From positions 186,001 through 250,000 of the forward strand of contig JAWLHB010000001.1 of NCBI GenBank assembly GCA_041690595.1: a DNA stretch of 64,000 bases. The letters run 5' to 3'. Origin of the DNA: Lentisphaeria bacterium. GTDB lineage: Bacteria > Verrucomicrobiota > Lentisphaeria > JABSQK01 > JAWLHB01. The first letter of the stretch is position 1. The number at the start of each line of letters is the position of its first letter. Both the position numbers and the translations under genes were made by a program. This document shows, piece by piece, positions 46,599 through 56,525 of the stretch. Below the pieces are notes generated by a model that worked only from the letters and a program-made list of their open reading frames with translations, did no database searches and was not told the DNA's origin.

Positions 46599-48723
46599 CG
46601 ATGGAAGTCACGGGTTGTCGGGCAGCGGGAAGAGTGAAATGAAAATCGGCGCCATTCCCGGACTGTGATTCAAGCCAGATCTGGCCGCCGTGTCGTTCGA
46701 CGATCTTCTTGCAGATCGCCAGCCCCATGCCGGTACCTGGATATTCCGTCCGGGTATGGAGGCGTTGGAATACAACAAAGATACGTTCGCTGTATCTGGC
46801 GTCAATCCCGATGCCATTATCTTGTACGCTGAAATGGCAAATGTTGCCCTCGCAATGGGCGCGAATGGTGATGCGGGGCGATGCCTCGCCATGGAACTTG
46901 ATGGCGTTGCCGATGAGATTCTGCAGTAGCTGCGACAATTGCGTGGCATCCCCTTCCACCGGCGGCAGGTCCCCGGCGTCGATGACCGCCTGACTCTCCT
47001 CGATGGCGACCTGCAGGTCGCGCTTCACTTCCGCGAGGACGGCATTCATGTCGACGGATTGATAAGGGCGTGCGCGGGTTCCCACGCGGGAGTAACGCAG
47101 CAGATCCTGTATCAGGGCTCGCATGCGCTCGGCTCCCGCCACCGCATGGTCAATGAGTTGCCTGGCCAAATCGTCGAGTTGATCATGATAACGATGCTCC
47201 AGCAGTTGCAGGCAGCCGGCGATCCCGCGCAAGGGTTCCTGCAGGTCGTGCGATGCCACGTAGGCAAACTGCTGCAGCTCTTCATTCGAGCGGGCCAGTT
47301 CCACCAGATGCCGCTGGCGCTCCGCTTCGGCCTGATCCCGCTGGTGCTGCAGATTGTATCCATGTAACGCCAGCGCCACATCGTCCGCCAACTCCTGGAA
47401 AAGAGCCTGCGCCTCCTCGTCACCCACTTCGGCGCTGGGTGAGGTGACCGAAATGACCCCGTAACAGCTATCCCCATAATGAACTCTGGCCGTCATCGAT
47501 GTCTTGCCTTCCTGGAGGTGATGCATGGCGCAACCGCGACATTCCGTATCGCTGGCTGTTCGCAGACGGATGACGCCGTCGGCCATGGAAAGCTGGGCGC
47601 ACTGGCAGGGCCACGCCGCGCGAAGAGTCTGGATTATGCCTTCCGGGGTGGGCTCGGCACCGACATGCTCAACCAGATCGATGGCGCCCTCTTCGTCCAC
47701 CAGCACGATCCAGGCGGCTTCATGACCACAGATATCGCGCAGCACGCGACAGGCACCTTGGAGCAGCTCGCGACGATCCCGCCGCGTCGTCATGAGGTGA
47801 TCCACCTCGCGGATCGCGGTGAGCATCATGTTGAGTTGTTCCGTTCTTTCCTGGGCCGCCCGGCGGGCGCTGATCTCCTGCTGCAGATCCTGATTAGCCT
47901 GGCGCAGTTCGGAGGTGCGCCGAGCAACTTCATCTTCGAGCTGATCACGATGCCTGGCGAGGGCGGCTTCCGCCTGGATGCGATCGCCGATCTCCAGTTC
48001 CAGAGCGGTGTAGTAGTTCTTGACATGGGTCGTCATCTGATTGAAGGCGCTTGCCAAAGTGGACACTTCATCATTGCCACTGACCTCCACCTGGTGGCCG
48101 AATTCACCGGCGGTAACGGTTTCGGCAGCCTTCTGAAGCCGCTGCAAAGGAATGAGAATGGATCGGCCCAGCATGACCGAAAGCCCGATCACCGCCAGCG
48201 CAATAAGCGCAAGTGTGGCTCCAACCACAAAAGTGGAGCGTCGCTGCAGGTCGCGCACTTCGGAGTGGCTGATGGTCTGCAGGATATACGCTTGGGAGAC
48301 CATGACCTGCGTACGATCCAGCAGATGGCGAATGGCTCGATCTTCGCTCAAAAGATCCTCACTGTCGGATGAACTCTCGTGCTGGCGGATTGCCTGACGG
48401 AAAAGGGCTGCCGTCGTCCGGTGATGCTGAATCAGGGAGCGAATAACCATCTGCTCCGCGCGGTGCGTCCAGGTCTGCTGCGCGAACATGGACGTGAGCT
48501 TGTCGTGCTGGTACCACCAGTGCTCCTGGCGCGAGGAATTCTGCATGTACTGGCTGGTGCGCAGGCTGAGCTCGAAGAGTCCCTTGTTGATCTGCTCGGC
48601 CAACTGAGCCTTGCTCAAGGCCCGGTTGAGCTGACGGCCTGTCTCGTAGCTGACCAAGCCAAAGATGCACGCAAGTATCAGCGGCAAAAGGGCCAGCAGG
48701 CGCAGTTTCGTGCGGATTGTCAT
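46591..48723 (-). CDS. Membrane sensor histidine kinase (2 TM, HAMP, Cys-rich GAF, Cph1-type HisKA/HATPase)
   Basis: DEVSTLASAFNQM HAMP; LQQFAYVASHDLQEPLR; NLIGNAIKF, DNGIG, FQRLH, GTGMGL. Confidence 0.94.
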   Translation of the reverse strand: MTIRTKLRLLALLPLILACIFGLVSYETGRQLNRALSKAQLAEQINKGLFELSLRTSQYMQNSSRQEHWWYQHDKLTSMFAQQTWTHRAEQMVIRSLIQHHRTTAALFRQAIRQHESSSDSEDLLSEDRAIRHLLDRTQVMVSQAYILQTISHSEVRDLQRRSTFVVGATLALIALAVIGLSVMLGRSILIPLQRLQKAAETVTAGEFGHQVEVSGNDEVSTLASAFNQMTTHVKNYYTALELEIGDRIQAEAALARHRDQLEDEVARRTSELRQANQDLQQEISARRAAQERTEQLNMMLTAIREVDHLMTTRRDRRELLQGACRVLRDICGHEAAWIVLVDEEGAIDLVEHVGAEPTPEGIIQTLRAAWPCQCAQLSMADGVIRLRTASDTECRGCAMHHLQEGKTSMTARVHYGDSCYGVISVTSPSAEVGDEEAQALFQELADDVALALHGYNLQHQRDQAEAERQRHLVELARSNEELQQFAYVASHDLQEPLRGIAGCLQLLEHRYHDQLDDLARQLIDHAVAGAERMRALIQDLLRYSRVGTRARPYQSVDMNAVLAEVKRDLQVAIEESQAVIDAGDLPPVEGDATQLSQLLQNLIGNAIKFHGEASPRITIRAHCEGNICHFSVQDNGIGIDARYSERIFVVFQRLHTRTEYPGTGMGLAICKKIVERHGGQIWLESQSGNGADFHFTLPAARQPVTSIDA

Positions 48724-48847
48724 GTCGTCTACCTTGAGTTAGGCGCTGGTTTCGCGCCAGGATAATATGCCACCCCTTGAGGCATTGCCTATCGGTCTTT
48801 CTCCAACCGCCGTGCTATTACCGCCATAAAGCATTGCCTTGCCGGCG

Positions 48848-48876
48848 TTGATTTACCTTGCCCATGTGACTAAAGT
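48848..48876 (+). promoter_or_regulatory. Sigma70-type promoter candidate for aroC
   Basis: TTGATT-N17-TAAAGT, ending 44 nt before the ATG. Confidence 0.45.
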
Positions 48877-48920
48877 ACGACCTTTCACACTCGACGACTT
48901 TCAAGCGGAGCAGCACCTTC

Positions 48921-50000
48921 ATGTCCAGTTCGATCGGTACCATTTTCCGCGTCACGACCTTTGGCGAGTCACACTGCAAAGGCGTGGGAGTAATTGTTGA
49001 CGGCGTACCCGCCCGGCTTGCGTTGACGGAAGCCGATATTCAGCCCCAACTCGATAGACGCCGCCCCGGACAGAGCAAGGTGACGACCGACCGTCAGGAG
49101 AGTGATACGGTCACTATCATGTCCGGTACCGAGCATGGCGTGACGCTGGGGACGCCAATCGGCATGTTCGTGCCCAACCGCGATATGCGGCCGGGCGACT
49201 ACAGCGAGATGAGCGCGGTACCGCGTCCTTCGCATGCGGACTTCACCTACCAGGCCAAGTATGGCGTTCGCGCCGCCAGCGGTGGCGGCCGATCCAGCGC
49301 CCGCGAGACCATTGGGCGAGTCGCGGCCGGCGCTATTGCCGAAAAGTGGCTGCGCGAAACGTATGGCGTCGAGATCGTGGCCTGGGTCAGTGCCGTGGGC
49401 GAGCTGGAGATCGAAGATTGGTCCTGCCACAACCTGACCCGCGACATGGTCGATGCCAGCTCCGTGCGCTGTCCCGATGCGGAATTGACCTCGCGGATGA
49501 TGGAACAGATCGTGGCGGCAAAGGCCGATGGCGACTCCCTGGGCGGTGTCGTCTCGTGCGTCTGCCGTAACGTCCCCGCCGGATGGGGAGAACCTGTCTT
49601 CGAGAAGCTGGAAGCGATGTTGGCGCAGGCGATGATGTCGATTCCCGCCACCAAGGGATTCGAGATCGGTTCTGGCTTCGCGGGTACCCGCTTACGCGGC
49701 TCCGTTCATAACGATCCATTTGTCATGCGCGAAGGGCGAATGCAGACCACTAAGAACCACAGCGGCGGAGTTCAGGGCGGCATCAGCAACGGCATGCCGA
49801 TCACCTTCCGCCTGGCCTTCAAGCCTCCGGCCACCATCGGTCGGGCACAGGAGACCGTCGATTTCGCGGGCCTGCCGGTGAAGCTGGAAGCGAAAGGTCG
49901 CCACGACCCGTGCGTAGTGCCACGTGCGGTCCCCATTGTCGAGGCCATGGCTGCAACCGTCCTGATGGATCTTGCCCTCCGGCAGAAGATCCGAGGCTGA
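48921..50000 (+). CDS. aroC: Chorismate synthase
   Basis: [47 protein letters not shown]. Confidence 0.98.
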   Translation: MSSSIGTIFRVTTFGESHCKGVGVIVDGVPARLALTEADIQPQLDRRRPGQSKVTTDRQESDTVTIMSGTEHGVTLGTPIGMFVPNRDMRPGDYSEMSAVPRPSHADFTYQAKYGVRAASGGGRSSARETIGRVAAGAIAEKWLRETYGVEIVAWVSAVGELEIEDWSCHNLTRDMVDASSVRCPDAELTSRMMEQIVAAKADGDSLGGVVSCVCRNVPAGWGEPVFEKLEAMLAQAMMSIPATKGFEIGSGFAGTRLRGSVHNDPFVMREGRMQTTKNHSGGVQGGISNGMPITFRLAFKPPATIGRAQETVDFAGLPVKLEAKGRHDPCVVPRAVPIVEAMAATVLMDLALRQKIRG

Positions 50001-50933
50001 TCAACTGGCCGGCTTGCCACCGTCCAGATTGCGGACAGCGTTGCCGCAGCCGCCTTCGCCACTGGGGCGAACGTGCGGCCGGCTTTGATCGATCGTCCCC
50101 TTCCAGGCATACGGATCTTCCCCAGCCACCAGCAGGATGTCGCGGTAATCGGCATTGCCCATGCCGACGCCTTCTTCCGGCTTATGCCACGGAAGAAGCG
50201 ATTCCGCGCTCATGTAGTGATTGACCAGCACCCGACGAAAACCGCTCGTTGCCCGATTGGGGAGCGACCGATGCAGCAGGTAGCCGTTGAACAGCACGAT
50301 ACTGCCCGCCTTCACCTCCACCGGCACGGCATCCTCATCCCCGTACGGAAAACGCCAGGCCTCGCCGGCACAATCGAAGACTCCCTGCTTGCCATGCTGC
50401 CGTTGCGGCCACAAAACACCCGGCTTGTGCGAACCGGGAATCGTCCACAGGCAACCGTTATCCACGGTGGCATCATCGAGCGCCATCCACATGCCGGTCA
50501 ACGACCGATCACGAGTCGGAATGTAGTACTCGTCCTGATGCCAGGCCTGACCTGGTTTGCCGGCAGCCTTGATGAAGAGCATGGACTGCATACACTTGAT
50601 GTTGGGACCGATAACCGCCGTCAAGGCCTTGATGCCGCTTTCCGGGGCCAGGTATTGGAGCATCACCGGCGATATCTTATGGGGGAAGTGAACGCAGAGC
50701 GTGCGCTTGAGTACCTCGTCATCGGACTCTCCGCCGGTCGGCTCCGCGAGCCCACCGAAGATGCCAAGTTCGCCGCGACAGATGCGCGTTGTCTCCCGGC
50801 GCAGCAAGTCGACTTCGTCCATCTCAAGCGCGCAATCCAGCACCATGAAGCCATTCTCATGATAGTTCTTTACATCATCCGATGTTATCGCGATTGGCTT
50901 TCTGGCAGGGGTGGGGGCTATGGCGGTAGGCAT
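50001..50933 (-). CDS. Phytanoyl-CoA dioxygenase (PhyH) family Fe(II)/2-oxoglutarate dioxygenase
   Basis: QSMLFIK, WHQD, NGCLWTIPGSH, LHRS..N...RR. Confidence 0.93.
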   Translation of the reverse strand: MPTAIAPTPARKPIAITSDDVKNYHENGFMVLDCALEMDEVDLLRRETTRICRGELGIFGGLAEPTGGESDDEVLKRTLCVHFPHKISPVMLQYLAPESGIKALTAVIGPNIKCMQSMLFIKAAGKPGQAWHQDEYYIPTRDRSLTGMWMALDDATVDNGCLWTIPGSHKPGVLWPQRQHGKQGVFDCAGEAWRFPYGDEDAVPVEVKAGSIVLFNGYLLHRSLPNRATSGFRRVLVNHYMSAESLLPWHKPEEGVGMGNADYRDILLVAGEDPYAWKGTIDQSRPHVRPSGEGGCGNAVRNLDGGKPAS

Positions 50934-50956
50934 GATGCAATCCTTGGGTGATACTT

Positions 50957-51043
50957 CTCGCTTGTTTTTGATGAAGCGAGCGCTAATGTTACAAATTGAC
51001 TTTATTTAAGGTAGTCGATATTTAGAACCATTCAAATATCGAC
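50957..51043. promoter_or_regulatory. Divergent promoter region with two inverted repeats
   Basis: CTCGCTT-N10-AAGCGAG (50957-50980) and GTCGATATTT-N10-AAATATCGAC (51014-51043) in an AT-rich spacer. Confidence 0.6.
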
Positions 51044-51085
51044 GCCTGCCAAATACATGCCCGTTCTGTACATGAGGTTCCACGC

Positions 51086-51952
51086 GTGACCTTTACCGTC
51101 GTCTCCTATGGACTGAGCGTCTACCCTCCAGGTGCCACCTTCGGACCACGGACGCATACGGACTACGAGCTGGTCTGGATCGTCAACGGGGAGGTCACCT
51201 GGGAGTGTGATGGTGAGCGCCATGACGCTCCCCCGGGAAGTCTGATCCTTGGGCGCCCGGGCATGCGTGAATCCTATCAGTGGGATCCTCAGCGGCAGAC
51301 GCGGCACGCCTTCATCCATTTCCTCATCGAGGGAGACCGCGGCAGTACCCCGCCGGAAGACCAATGGCCGTTGATCCGGCATCTGCCGGAGGGCGACATT
51401 GTGCGCCCGCTCTTCCGCCACCTCATCTGGCTGCTGGATGAGAATCGCAACGAATGGTGGCCGCTGGTGCTGGGCGGCTTACAGCAGCTGGTACTGAGCT
51501 TTGTGCATGGGGCGGTGTATGGGCGCTCCGAGGGGCGTCTGGAACTGCCGGAACCCGTCGAGAAGTCGTTGCAGTATGTTCAGCGGCGCTGGGCTCGCGA
51601 CGGCATGGAGAATCCCCAGCTTTCCGAGCTGGCGCGGGCGGCGGGCGTTTCGGAGGTGCATCTGTGCCGGCTCTTCCGCGATGCCTTGGGGCACGGGCCC
51701 ATCGGCACTTTGCGCATGTTGCGTCTGGATCGCGCCGCCATGCTCCTGGCGCGGAGCAATCTTCAGATCCAGGAAATTGCCCGCTTGACGGGATTCGAGA
51801 GTCCCTTCCACTTCACGCGCTGCTTCAAGCACCTCTACGGCGTCCCACCTCGCGAATATCGCGGTCAGGTCGACCGCGACGAGACGGTCCTGCCACGCGA
51901 GCTGCTCCTCCTGCGCCGGGTGGCCGACCAGATCTCTCCCGAGCAGGTATGA
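51086..51952 (+). CDS. AraC-family transcriptional regulator
   Basis: Cupin N-terminus; LSELARAAGVSEVHLCRLF; GFESPFHFTRCFK..YG..P. Confidence 0.95.
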   Translation: MTFTVVSYGLSVYPPGATFGPRTHTDYELVWIVNGEVTWECDGERHDAPPGSLILGRPGMRESYQWDPQRQTRHAFIHFLIEGDRGSTPPEDQWPLIRHLPEGDIVRPLFRHLIWLLDENRNEWWPLVLGGLQQLVLSFVHGAVYGRSEGRLELPEPVEKSLQYVQRRWARDGMENPQLSELARAAGVSEVHLCRLFRDALGHGPIGTLRMLRLDRAAMLLARSNLQIQEIARLTGFESPFHFTRCFKHLYGVPPREYRGQVDRDETVLPRELLLLRRVADQISPEQV

Positions 51953-51959
51953 CTGACCG

Positions 51960-53003
51960 TTACAGCTCGACCTTGGCGCCAATGCGATTGGATTCATAGA
52001 TGGCGCGGACGATGCGCAGGGCCTTCTGTCCTTCCTGGCCGTCGACCGCCGGCTGGCGATCCTCCTGAATGGCGCTCACCATATCCTCGTACTGCTGCTT
52101 GTGCCAGGAGATGGGAAAAGCCATGGGATCGGAAGCTCCGGAACCGGTGGGTTCGTCCGCCAGTGCCTTCATCTCGGCTTCATCCTGCCCTTCGACTTGC
52201 CAGACGGCGATTCGCCCTCCCTCCACCACCACTGTTCCCCTCGTCCCGTGGATTTCGAGCTTGTCCGGAAGTCCTGGCTTGAGCGCGGTGGCTGCCTCGA
52301 TCACGCCCATTGCCCCATTGGAATAGCGCAGCATCGCTACGCCAAGATCCTCGGTTTCGATATTATGGTGACGGGTCGTCGTCGTTTGGCCAAAGAGCCA
52401 TTCGACCGGCCCCATGATCCATTGCAGCGAATCGATGGCGTGGATACCCTGGTTGATGAGAGCCCCTCCGCCTTCTCCTTCATGCGTGCCGCGCCAGGCA
52501 TCGTTTTCATAGTAGGCCTGCGGTCGAAACCACTTCACATAGGTATCTCCCAGCAGCAGCTCACCAAGCGCTCCTGCTTCCACCTGTTGCTTGAGCAAGG
52601 CATAGCTCTTCCGCCAGCGATTCTGAAAGATGACCGCCAGCTTCACCTTGGCCGCGCGGCAGCTTTCGATGATACGCTCGCCTTCTTCGATCGTGCGCGC
52701 TATCGGCTTCTCCAAAACAATGTGCTTGCCTGCTGCCGCCGCCGCCGCCGCCTGCTCCTCATGACACCATGGCGGCGTGGTGATGCTCACCACATCCACA
52801 TCGTCGCGGTCGAGGAGACCGGCATAATCCGTTGTCCACTCGCACCCATGCTCCGCCGCAAAGGCACGGACATTCGCCTCGGTGCGGCTGCAGGCGACGA
52901 CAAGCTCCGCACCATCGATCTCACCAATACTGCGTGCATGCGCCGGGCCGACCAAGCCACAGCCAACCAGTGCAAAACGTATCTTCCTCCGCATTTCCCT
53001 CAC
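51960..53003 (-). CDS. Gfo/Idh/MocA oxidoreductase
   Basis: VGCGLVG, EKP, FQNR, WRG...EGGGALINQGIHAID. Confidence 0.94.
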   Translation of the reverse strand: MREMRRKIRFALVGCGLVGPAHARSIGEIDGAELVVACSRTEANVRAFAAEHGCEWTTDYAGLLDRDDVDVVSITTPPWCHEEQAAAAAAAGKHIVLEKPIARTIEEGERIIESCRAAKVKLAVIFQNRWRKSYALLKQQVEAGALGELLLGDTYVKWFRPQAYYENDAWRGTHEGEGGGALINQGIHAIDSLQWIMGPVEWLFGQTTTTRHHNIETEDLGVAMLRYSNGAMGVIEAATALKPGLPDKLEIHGTRGTVVVEGGRIAVWQVEGQDEAEMKALADEPTGSGASDPMAFPISWHKQQYEDMVSAIQEDRQPAVDGQEGQKALRIVRAIYESNRIGAKVEL

Positions 53004-53551
53004 AGCTCGGACAGTCCCTTCAGATCGAAGGCCTGCAGGAGGTCCAGCAAAGATTGATCGTTCTTGATGCTTGGGTCGATGGCAGTCATGCGCAGCTCCG
53101 TTTTGCCCAGCAGAATGGAGATGCTCTGGTTCTTGATGTGTTGCGCGGGATACCCGAGCAACGTCGCATACATGCCGCGCTTCTTCGGGTCGGCACCGCC
53201 TTCGTGGTAGATGACCTGGACGCTGATAAGCTGCCGATTCTCCTCGCCGGTGACTGTATAGAACAGGGTGCCGGCATTGTACTTGCAGTGCCAGTTGTGG
53301 TCGCCATAGGCCGTCGTCTTGCCAGGCAGGTACGCGGCGAACTGCTCGCAGATCTGCCGGCCGATCTCGTTCAACTTCTGATTGATCTCGTTGAGCCCGT
53401 CCGTGGTGCCGCTGCGCAGCTTCTCGTTGAGTTCGTTCTTGAGGGCGGTTCCCTCAACCAGATTGGCGGTCAGCGCTTCATTCGCTGCGATTGCGCCTGC
53501 CCCGGCCATCATCAGGATTACGACTGCGGCGAATGCCGTCTTGAGACTCAT
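53000..53551 (-). CDS. Hypothetical secreted protein, 183 aa
   Basis: Signal peptide MSLKTAFAAVVILMMAGAGAIA; RBS GAGG; stop overlaps the next gene's GTG. Confidence 0.7.
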   Translation of the reverse strand: MSLKTAFAAVVILMMAGAGAIAANEALTANLVEGTALKNELNEKLRSGTTDGLNEINQKLNEIGRQICEQFAAYLPGKTTAYGDHNWHCKYNAGTLFYTVTGEENRQLISVQVIYHEGGADPKKRGMYATLLGYPAQHIKNQSISILLGKTELRMTAIDPSIKNDQSLLDLLQAFDLKGLSEL

Positions 53552-53612
53552 ATTGTATTCCTCGCTGGAAGATGACGAATGAATGGCTGCCCAGAGTAGT
53601 CAGCCGATAACG

Positions 53613-53640
53613 AAAGTACCCGTCAAGAGGCAGATGTCAA
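53613..53640 (-). promoter_or_regulatory. Internal sigma70-type promoter candidate
   Basis: Minus strand TTGACA-N16-TACTTT upstream of the 183-aa gene. Confidence 0.4.
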
Positions 53641-53704
53641 CGCCACACTTGGTGCCACGGCTCTTTTGACGCTGACACCACCGGTTCTATTCACCGTCGT
53701 TGCT

Positions 53705-54460
53705 TCAGATTGCTCCGATTTCGCGCAGATAGTCCAGGCATCGCTTGAGAAAGTCCACCTTGCCTCCCGGGTGATTCTCCAGGCTGGAACCTTCCAACTC
53801 CATCGTGCAGGGGCCGTCGAAACCGATCTCATCGAGAAGGCGAAAGACTTCGGGGAAGTTGACCACGCCCGTGCCGAAAAGCGGCATACCCATGCTGTGA
53901 TAGATGCCGTCCGAGTCCTTCAGATGGACGGAAACGACCTTCTCCCGGCAGTACGTCAGCTCCTTGACCGTATCGAGACCGTGGTTGTAGTAGTAGATGT
54001 TGGCCGTATCGAAGTTGAAGCCAAGACTGGCACGGCCGATGATCTCGATGGTCTGCAGCGCCGTGCCGGCATTGGTGCCGAACGGCGGATGGGTCTCCAT
54101 CCCAAGAAGGATGTCGCATTTGGCGGCATGATCCGCAAGCTCCTGAAGCCGGCCGATGACCTCGGCGTCGCTGGGATTCTTGCTCTGGAGGCTGCAGAAA
54201 ATGCGAGGTGTGCCGATCTCGGCCGCTCCGTCGATCATCTCGCGAAAGGCGGCGCAGGATGCCACCTCGTCCAGATTGACCCCGGTAGAGAGGGTCGTGA
54301 TGGTGACGCCGGCGGCATCCGCCTGCTCCTTGAGGTACCGGTAGTTGCCGTCCGCTGGCACATTGGGTTCCACGTTAGTGATACCGCACTGGGCAAGCGT
54401 TACAAAGGCACGGGCAGGTTCACCGAAGACGCCGCTACGGCAGGAAAGTGTGCGTTTCAT
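53705..54460 (-). CDS. Sugar phosphate isomerase/epimerase (xylose isomerase-like TIM barrel)
   Basis: METHP, FDTAN, VHLKD, G.GVVNF, MELE; start MKRTLS after GGAGG. Confidence 0.9.
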   Translation of the reverse strand: MKRTLSCRSGVFGEPARAFVTLAQCGITNVEPNVPADGNYRYLKEQADAAGVTITTLSTGVNLDEVASCAAFREMIDGAAEIGTPRIFCSLQSKNPSDAEVIGRLQELADHAAKCDILLGMETHPPFGTNAGTALQTIEIIGRASLGFNFDTANIYYYNHGLDTVKELTYCREKVVSVHLKDSDGIYHSMGMPLFGTGVVNFPEVFRLLDEIGFDGPCTMELEGSSLENHPGGKVDFLKRCLDYLREIGAI

Positions 54461-54503
54461 CGAACTATCCTCCATGATGGACAGGTTGTTGATACAAACG
54501 ATA

Positions 54504-55382
54504 TCAGCCATAGACCAGGTTGACAAAACGACGCAGATTCTCCTGCCCGATCTCGATTCCCAGCAGGACATCTTCCATCCCCTCGAACTCAATCGAGAGC
54601 ACCCCGTCGTACCCCGTACGCTGCATGACGCGCAGACACTGGACTATCGGCACGTCACCGTGTCCGATGATGGCGCCGCGCCAGAAGTTCCCGCCACGCG
54701 ACACATTCCAGCCACGGCCGGGATGGGGCGAACTACCTCGCTTGAGGTGGAAGTCCTTGGCGTGGACGTGAAAGGCGCACGGCATCAGCCGACCGATGGC
54801 AAGGCCTGGATCTTCATCCACGCAGATGAAGTTGCCCATGTCCACCAGGATGCCGAAGTTGGGGTGGGCGACGGCGCTGGCAAGCTTCTCCAGGCGTTCC
54901 GAATCCTGACAGAAATAACCGTGGTTCTCCACCATCGTACGAATCCCAAGGTCGGCCGCGAACTCCGTTACGGCTCGACAACCTTTTGCCAGCCGCGGAA
55001 TCGCATCGTCAAAGGAGCTTCCGCCTTTATGATCCGGCGGGAAGCCGCGCGTGGCATCGTGACGCATACCGGGGGCACCGAGGATGCTGGCGATGCGCAC
55101 TTCCTGCTTGACCCGCTCGATCTCCGCCTCGAGATCGCCGCCCGAACCATTCAGGAAATCCGCGCCGATGGTGTAGTTGGCAATGGGCATGCCGATCCTG
55201 TCGGCTTCCTGCCGCAGCTCCGTGGCGAAGGACTCCAAGCTCTTGCCTTCCGGCACGGCAATGGTTGAAAACTCCAGCACGTCGAAGCCCTGTTCCTTCG
55301 CTTGGGCGATGACGTCGATCTGCTTCATGACTCCGTCGCGGACAAGGCGGCTGTAACTGTATGAACTGACTCCAATCTTCAT
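54504..55382 (-). CDS. Sugar phosphate isomerase/epimerase (xylose isomerase-like TIM barrel)
   Basis: ENHG, DMGNF, HVHAKD, GHGDV, SIEFEG. Confidence 0.92.
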   Translation of the reverse strand: MKIGVSSYSYSRLVRDGVMKQIDVIAQAKEQGFDVLEFSTIAVPEGKSLESFATELRQEADRIGMPIANYTIGADFLNGSGGDLEAEIERVKQEVRIASILGAPGMRHDATRGFPPDHKGGSSFDDAIPRLAKGCRAVTEFAADLGIRTMVENHGYFCQDSERLEKLASAVAHPNFGILVDMGNFICVDEDPGLAIGRLMPCAFHVHAKDFHLKRGSSPHPGRGWNVSRGGNFWRGAIIGHGDVPIVQCLRVMQRTGYDGVLSIEFEGMEDVLLGIEIGQENLRRFVNLVYG

Positions 55383-55400
55383 GAACTTCGTAGCTCCTGC

Positions 55401-56414
55401 TCAGGGCAATTGATGTACGGCGGCATAGGCGCCGCTCTGGGAAGATTCCGCGATGGCCATGCAGATAGCCAGCGCTTCTCGACCGACCTCGCCAGGGCTC
55501 AGACTTTCGGCGCGGCCACGAATCGCATCGACAAAATTCTGGAAGCTGTTGGCGGGCACGTTGTCGAGTGGCGGGTGGGACTCGGTGCTCGTCTCATCCT
55601 CGCCAATCTCAACCAGCTCAAGCTGCTGGCCGTTGAAACCACTGCGTATGCTGCCTTTGGTGCCATAGACCTCGAACAGACCGCCTCCCGCGGGGAAGGT
55701 CCAGCTCAATTCGAGTGTCCCTGTAGCGCCGCTCTCGAAGTCGAACATGGCCCGGACGTTGTCCGGCACGTCGATGCCCGGCGTGCGTGTCTGCAGGAAA
55801 CCGGCAACCCGTCGTATGCCACCCACATGCCAGCGCAGGAGGTCGGCCATGTGGATTCCGATGTCCAGGAGCAACCCTCCCTGATGCGCCTGCGAGACGA
55901 ACCAGTCCGCGCCCGGGGACCAGCCCTGATTCGGCATCTTGCCGCTGGCGCGAATGCAGCGCACATGCTGGACATCGCCGATCCGACCCAACTCGATCAG
56001 CTTCTTGATCGTCACATACAGCGGCGCATAACGCAGACTCTGGTTGATGTGCAGGATCAAGCCGCTGGCACGGGCGGCGCGAAGCATGTGGTCGGCATCG
56101 ATCAGGCTGCCGGCCATCGGTTTCTCGCACAGCACGTGGAGGCCGGCATCGAATGCTTTCAGCGCCATGTCGCAGTGAAGATGGTTCGGCGTGCAGATGC
56201 AGACGGCGTCCAGTTTCGCCGCAAGCAGCTCTTCATAGCTGGTGCAGGCTTGCGCCTCGGGTGCATGGGCCTCCCGCAACGCCTCCGCCTTGGCGCGATC
56301 CGTGTCATGAATCGCGGCGATACAGACATCGTCGATGGCGGCCAGCGAAGGGGCGTGGCTGACCTGGGCAATGCGCCCGCAGCCCGCTATTCCGATACGC
56401 AAAGGTGAATCCAC
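55401..56414 (-). CDS. Gfo/Idh/MocA oxidoreductase
   Basis: GIAGCGRIA, TPNHLH, CEKP, GGLLLDIGIHMAD; probable GTG start at 56414 after GGGAG. Confidence 0.92.
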   Translation of the reverse strand: MDSPLRIGIAGCGRIAQVSHAPSLAAIDDVCIAAIHDTDRAKAEALREAHAPEAQACTSYEELLAAKLDAVCICTPNHLHCDMALKAFDAGLHVLCEKPMAGSLIDADHMLRAARASGLILHINQSLRYAPLYVTIKKLIELGRIGDVQHVRCIRASGKMPNQGWSPGADWFVSQAHQGGLLLDIGIHMADLLRWHVGGIRRVAGFLQTRTPGIDVPDNVRAMFDFESGATGTLELSWTFPAGGGLFEVYGTKGSIRSGFNGQQLELVEIGEDETSTESHPPLDNVPANSFQNFVDAIRGRAESLSPGEVGREALAICMAIAESSQSGAYAAVHQLP

Positions 56415-56525
56415 AGGCGAACTCCCATGATGGTTGTGACGTCCGGCACACGCCGGGTTTGCACGTATGTATAGCGTCATGCAGCTTGTGCCGCCAGCCC
56501 GACGGCAAAAACTCTCGCGTCCCTT

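Noticed and set aside
53621..53671. Imperfect inverted repeat CGTCAAGAG...CTCTTTTGACG as a riboswitch
   Set aside because: No known aptamer consensus recognised, and it overlaps a promoter-like sequence. An Rfam/Infernal scan would settle it.
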